This document shows positions 33,490 to 37,609 of a DNA stretch of 37,609 nt, piece by piece. The translations under genes and the position numbers were made by a program. Position 1 is the first letter of the stretch. Each line of letters begins with the position of its first letter. The stretch comes from a virus. Its lineage: Duplodnaviria > Caudoviricetes. The notes under the pieces were generated by a model. It did not search any database, had not been told where the DNA came from, and worked only from the letters and a program-made list of their open reading frames with translations. The DNA is taken from positions 1 through 37,609 of IMG/VR virus record IMGVR_UViG_3300039000_000017; one strand, 5' to 3'.

Positions 33490-34590
33490 GTGGCACTGCC
33501 AACAAATATCAGTTATGGAACCGTAGTCGGTCAGTTCTTGGCTTCCGTGGCTGACGGCAGTGATGTCGATAAGCTACCCGAAGGTGTCCCGATGAGGGGC
33601 ACGGTTATGTTCGTGGCATCTGCTGGGTACGTCCTCGACTACTCAGCATCACCTAATCCGGTGACAGTCGTCTCGACCTCCATCACCTGCCCTCTAGACG
33701 CTAATGGATACGTTTGTAGTCCGTACCAGTCACTAGCATCACCACTCTCTCCCGGCGTATCGCTGGTTGCCACGGATGACCCGGACCTTCAGCCCGTCGG
33801 ATGGACTTGGACCGTAATCTATAGCCTGACAGACCCTCTGGGTTCGCGGGTAAATATGCCCGCGCAATCGATCAATGTCCCTACAGGTGCCACTGTGGAT
33901 CTCACCACAGTGATGAACATCGCCTCTTCAGGCGGGGTCATCATCACCAAGGGTGATAAGGGCGATCAGGGAATCCAAGGCATCCAAGGCATCCAAGGAA
34001 TTCAGGGTGTACAAGGAATTCAGGGTTATCAGGGTATCCGTGGAGGCAAGTGGTTCTATAGCGAGACTGCCAACCCGGAATACTTCAATGTAGTTGGTAT
34101 GGTGGAAGGCGACCTTTTCCTTTACCAGTCGAGCCGAGACTTCTTCCAGTACCGATCTGGTATTTGGGTGTACGGTGGCAACATCGGAGCCATCAAGGGT
34201 GATACTGGTAACACCGGAGCCACCGGAGCCACCGGATCTCAGGGTATTCAGGGAAACCCCGGCGACATGGTTGTCACAGCTGGCCCTGCCAACGTCTCGG
34301 GTGCAATAGACATCTCCGGGGCAACCTTCCCATCGACCCGTCTCTGGACATTGACCGGGAACATCACCTCGATCACACTCCCATCTCCGGCATCCACATC
34401 CTCTGCCACCATCACACTCGTGGTCACTCAGGATGCTACGGGCAGTCGTACCATCACGTGGCCTACCTTGAAGTGGCCTGACGGTATTGTCCAGCAGCCT
34501 GCAACCGCCGCATCCTCAATAACCATCTTCAACCTCCTATGGACAGGTGCCCAGTGGGTCGGCCTGCTTGGAGGTAAGAGCTTTGCGTAG
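33490..34590 (+). CDS. Minor tail protein with collagen-like repeats
   Basis: (GIQ)n and GATGATG Gly-X-Y runs; C-terminal QDATGSRTITWP domain. Confidence 0.8.
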   Translation: MALPTNISYGTVVGQFLASVADGSDVDKLPEGVPMRGTVMFVASAGYVLDYSASPNPVTVVSTSITCPLDANGYVCSPYQSLASPLSPGVSLVATDDPDLQPVGWTWTVIYSLTDPLGSRVNMPAQSINVPTGATVDLTTVMNIASSGGVIITKGDKGDQGIQGIQGIQGIQGVQGIQGYQGIRGGKWFYSETANPEYFNVVGMVEGDLFLYQSSRDFFQYRSGIWVYGGNIGAIKGDTGNTGATGATGSQGIQGNPGDMVVTAGPANVSGAIDISGATFPSTRLWTLTGNITSITLPSPASTSSATITLVVTQDATGSRTITWPTLKWPDGIVQQPATAASSITIFNLLWTGAQWVGLLGGKSFA

Positions 34591-37489
34591 CATCAACGCA
34601 GGTAGCCAGCCGCTACGAAACTTGGCGATGAACCCTAAGTTCCGGACTGTTGGTACGCCACAAGCACTACGGCAGAACCTCAATACCTACCCGAACATGG
34701 AAACCTTTGGCGGAAATAACATTGTCGGAACGAACCTCGTGACGAACCCCGGCATGGAGGCTGCCTCGGGCACGGTCAACGTCCGGACCAATCTATGTCT
34801 CAACCCCTCGTTCGAGACCAACACCACCGGCTGGTCGCCAAACACCGGCACGCCTACGCTCGCAGTAGACAGTGCACACGCTTATGTTGGTACCAACGGA
34901 CTCAAAATGACATCCACGATTTCCTCGGCGGATATCGCTGCTCTCTTTGCGGTGAACCTAAACGCCAGCACCACCTATACGCTCTCATATTGGGTCTTCT
35001 CTCCTAACGCACGCACATCGCAATTCGACATAGCAGGCACCGGCTGGACCCCTTCAGGACTCGGCCCAGTCTCCGTCCCGGCGAGCACATGGACCCGCGT
35101 GACAGCGACCTTCACGACACCCAGCACGTCACCGGGGAACAGCACGTTCTACCTCCACAACAATGGCGGCCCGACAACTGTTGGTACATCTCTATGGATC
35201 GATGCAGTATTGCTTGAAGCAACAGCTTTTGCTGGAACATACTTCGATGGAGCTACCGCAGCAGCCGGTGACTTCACCTACGCATGGACAGGAACTGCGA
35301 ACGCAAGTACCAGTATACAGAAGGCCCCCGGCCTGCAGTCCTATATACAATCTTCAACAGCGTCAGTATATCAATCCGCAATTTCCCCCCAATTTGGTAC
35401 AAAGTGCGCTGGTATTATGACCAGAGGCGGGAACGGAGATGGGGTCTACTACGCCGATATAGGGGTAACTGCGGGTTCCCCCTACACCATTTCCGCCTAT
35501 GTGGAGATAACGTCAAGCGTGCCCAACTTTTCCATTGACTTTCGTTGGAAGGATTCAGGGCAGGTAATTCTTTCTGACTCTATAACAGAATTGTCTTCTT
35601 CTCTAGCCGTAGGCAGTTGGGTGAGAATATCTGCTACCGCAGTGGCCCCCGCAGGTGCAGTTTTTCTTCAGCCGATGCTAAGGGTCTATGCTGCACACAC
35701 TGCAACAACATTCTATGTTGATGGTATGTTGATTGAATCTTCGGGATCTTTGAATGCTTACTACGACGGAGCAACGGCTGCCGCCGGTGACTTCACGTAT
35801 GGCTGGACTGGTACCGCCAACGCATCGAGTAGTAATAAGCTAGCCCCTTCGGTGACCGGCTGGACACCCCGATGGTTTGCGCAGGGGGCAGGTGTAACTT
35901 ACCAATCCAAGACAGGCGTAAGTGGTAACTGCCTTCGCAAACTCTTCACTAAGGGTGACCCCGGCTCGCCACAGGATGTTGGTATCAACCTCACAACCAA
36001 TACGGCTGTTACGGCTGGGACTATATATACTGCATCAATCTACTTCAGGTGCTCCATAGTTCAGCACTTTAGCATCTTTGTTCAATGGTTTGACGCAGGT
36101 GCTGTATCACTCGGGGTCAGTACCATCACTGACCTAGGCACAGTTTCAGCCAACACATGGACGCGCTTCAGTGTGACAGCGACAGCACCGGCCAACGCGG
36201 TGACCGCGACGTTCATCTTTGGACCGTACACCAGCGCGGTCGCCATGGCGGCAGGGACTACGATGGACTTTGACCAAGCGATGATTGAGGCGTCTCCAGC
36301 CCTTTCGACGTACTTCGATGGGGCCACAGCAGCAGCGGGAGATTTCACATACAGTTGGAATGGTACCGTAAATGCTAGCGTATCCAACCAGCGTGCAGTG
36401 ATCCCGACAAGTTCCAACAAGAGCATCAGTGGTACTAATGCAAAGTTCTTTGTCTACCAGTCCAAGGAAGTTACTGGGTTCCCCTTCTCCCGTTGGGTAG
36501 CCCCAGCGAACACTGGCAACTCCGGTTGGCGGGTCGCAGGCATTGCCAGTAGCGGTTTCGACTACACTAAGGTCGTCACAGGCGGAACATACACAATGGG
36601 CTTCCGCTACCGCGCCGCTGGCTGGCCCGCAGCCACGAATATGCAGACCATGATCGCGGATGGCGGATCTACGAACCAAGTCGTTGCCTTTGACACAGCG
36701 CAGACCCTAAGCACCGGAGGTTGGGTAGATTACCGGAGAACTTTCACGGCAGCCAGAGATATGACCGTCAACAGCGAGATCTACATATCCCTCCCAAACA
36801 CGCCCGACACAGTAACGGACGGCGTGCTGGATATTGCAGACTTATTTCTCGTGAAAGGTGCCTACACCGGAGATCCTATAGACTCAGCCAACCCATCTAG
36901 CACTTGGGATGGGGCAGTAGACGCAAGTACGACGATAGGCTATCCGCCGCAGCTTACGGACATCGCTGGCAAACCAGCTCTTGACCTGCTGTCAGGAAAC
37001 ACAGGAGGTGTGGGTATTCCGGTGGGAGCATTTGATGCCCGCACTATCTACCTCGTCTACGAAGCTATGGCAACCGGAGCGAACTACCCCAACTGCGGGT
37101 CCTACGGGATTGCTGCCAGCAAAGGGATCACCTTCCAGTTCGGGCCGACAGGTAGTACCACCATGTTCCCTCGCTTCGACTTCCCCAGCGGGTCGCTCAA
37201 TATGGGGCAGAACTATGCAGCGGGTAGGGCTTTCGTCAGACACGTCCTAGCCTTCTCCTTCCCCACTGGATTGACCCCCTTCCAAGGGATGCTCGACGGT
37301 GGGTCGGATAACCCCGGTGTACCTTCAGGGGGAGTCGGCACCGGATGGGATGACGGTCGGGCTACGCTGACCAGCGGCTCAGATGGCAAGGGCATCCGCA
37401 TGCTCGTCTACTATGCAGAGCATAATCGAGCTACCCGTATAGCAATCAGCCGATACCTCGGGAACAAGTATGGTGCGACAGTGGTGTAG
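34583..37489 (+). CDS. Tail fibre / receptor-binding protein with tandem carbohydrate-binding-like modules
   Basis: TNL..NPSFE, WTRV.AT, repeated YFDGATAAAGDFTY.W.GT.NAS; ggaggt RBS before TTG 34583. Confidence 0.8.
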   Translation: MRSINAGSQPLRNLAMNPKFRTVGTPQALRQNLNTYPNMETFGGNNIVGTNLVTNPGMEAASGTVNVRTNLCLNPSFETNTTGWSPNTGTPTLAVDSAHAYVGTNGLKMTSTISSADIAALFAVNLNASTTYTLSYWVFSPNARTSQFDIAGTGWTPSGLGPVSVPASTWTRVTATFTTPSTSPGNSTFYLHNNGGPTTVGTSLWIDAVLLEATAFAGTYFDGATAAAGDFTYAWTGTANASTSIQKAPGLQSYIQSSTASVYQSAISPQFGTKCAGIMTRGGNGDGVYYADIGVTAGSPYTISAYVEITSSVPNFSIDFRWKDSGQVILSDSITELSSSLAVGSWVRISATAVAPAGAVFLQPMLRVYAAHTATTFYVDGMLIESSGSLNAYYDGATAAAGDFTYGWTGTANASSSNKLAPSVTGWTPRWFAQGAGVTYQSKTGVSGNCLRKLFTKGDPGSPQDVGINLTTNTAVTAGTIYTASIYFRCSIVQHFSIFVQWFDAGAVSLGVSTITDLGTVSANTWTRFSVTATAPANAVTATFIFGPYTSAVAMAAGTTMDFDQAMIEASPALSTYFDGATAAAGDFTYSWNGTVNASVSNQRAVIPTSSNKSISGTNAKFFVYQSKEVTGFPFSRWVAPANTGNSGWRVAGIASSGFDYTKVVTGGTYTMGFRYRAAGWPAATNMQTMIADGGSTNQVVAFDTAQTLSTGGWVDYRRTFTAARDMTVNSEIYISLPNTPDTVTDGVLDIADLFLVKGAYTGDPIDSANPSSTWDGAVDASTTIGYPPQLTDIAGKPALDLLSGNTGGVGIPVGAFDARTIYLVYEAMATGANYPNCGSYGIAASKGITFQFGPTGSTTMFPRFDFPSGSLNMGQNYAAGRAFVRHVLAFSFPTGLTPFQGMLDGGSDNPGVPSGGVGTGWDDGRATLTSGSDGKGIRMLVYYAEHNRATRIAISRYLGNKYGATVV

Positions 37490-37508
37490 CTCTGATTAGT
37501 CTTTGTCT

Positions 37509-37551
37509 ACTAAAAATGGTAGGGTGTCTATGATGCCCTACCATTTTTAGT
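37509..37551. terminator. Inverted repeat, probable terminator
   Basis: actaaaaatggtagggtgtc / gatgccctaccatttttagt. Confidence 0.75.
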
Positions 37552-37563
37552 GAAAGAGTGGCA

Positions 37564-37609
37564 ATGCCCAAAGTTGGAATCGGTGTCATCACCGTCCAGA
37601 AGCGTGAGC
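37564..37609 (+). CDS. 5' end of the next gene (partial)
   Basis: MPKVGIGVITVQKRE... runs off the window. Confidence 0.45.
   Translation, partial: MPKVGIGVITVQKRE

Noticed and set aside
33955-34040. 9-bp tandem repeat (ggcatccaa)
   Set aside because: It encodes collagen-like GIQ triplets in the tail protein.

Overview
A 37.6-kb segment of a large lytic actinobacteriophage genome. Host and cluster are inferred from GC-rich coding style, SigA-type promoters and gene content; they are not proven. Left to right it holds: a class Ib ribonucleotide reductase operon (MazG-like gene, nrdH, nrdI, nrdE, a free-standing GIY-YIG/NUMOD3 endonuclease, nrdF); a dispersed array of 34 tRNA genes covering all 20 amino acids (5.7-27.4 kb), interleaved with RNA-repair and possible anti-defence genes (RtcB, nucleotidyltransferase, 2H phosphoesterase, Acb2/Tad1-like miniprotein, HAD phosphatase, PLD nuclease); an endolysin, an NlpC/P60 protein, DnaQ, vWA and rIIA/rIIB-like genes; two reverse-strand genes; a glycosyltransferase, DUF932 and tail-fibre genes. 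The strongest candidate for an undescribed system is a 245-aa conserved unknown protein (13051-13788) followed by a ~420-nt structured RNA. That RNA has two circularly permuted, YrlA-like tRNA-mimic domains and 6-nt-periodic single-stranded repeats, and no Ro/Rsr gene lies in the window. Other oddities: three 8/4 tRNA-Ser genes, a topologically rewired tRNA-Arg(UCU), a tRNA-Sec-shaped RNA with a GAU anticodon, a tRNA-like RNA with a branched insertion in place of the anticodon loop, many stem-closed spacer RNAs, and ORFs that start 2 nt after tRNA discriminators. All RNA folds were derived by eye, and protein families were assigned from motifs without database searches.
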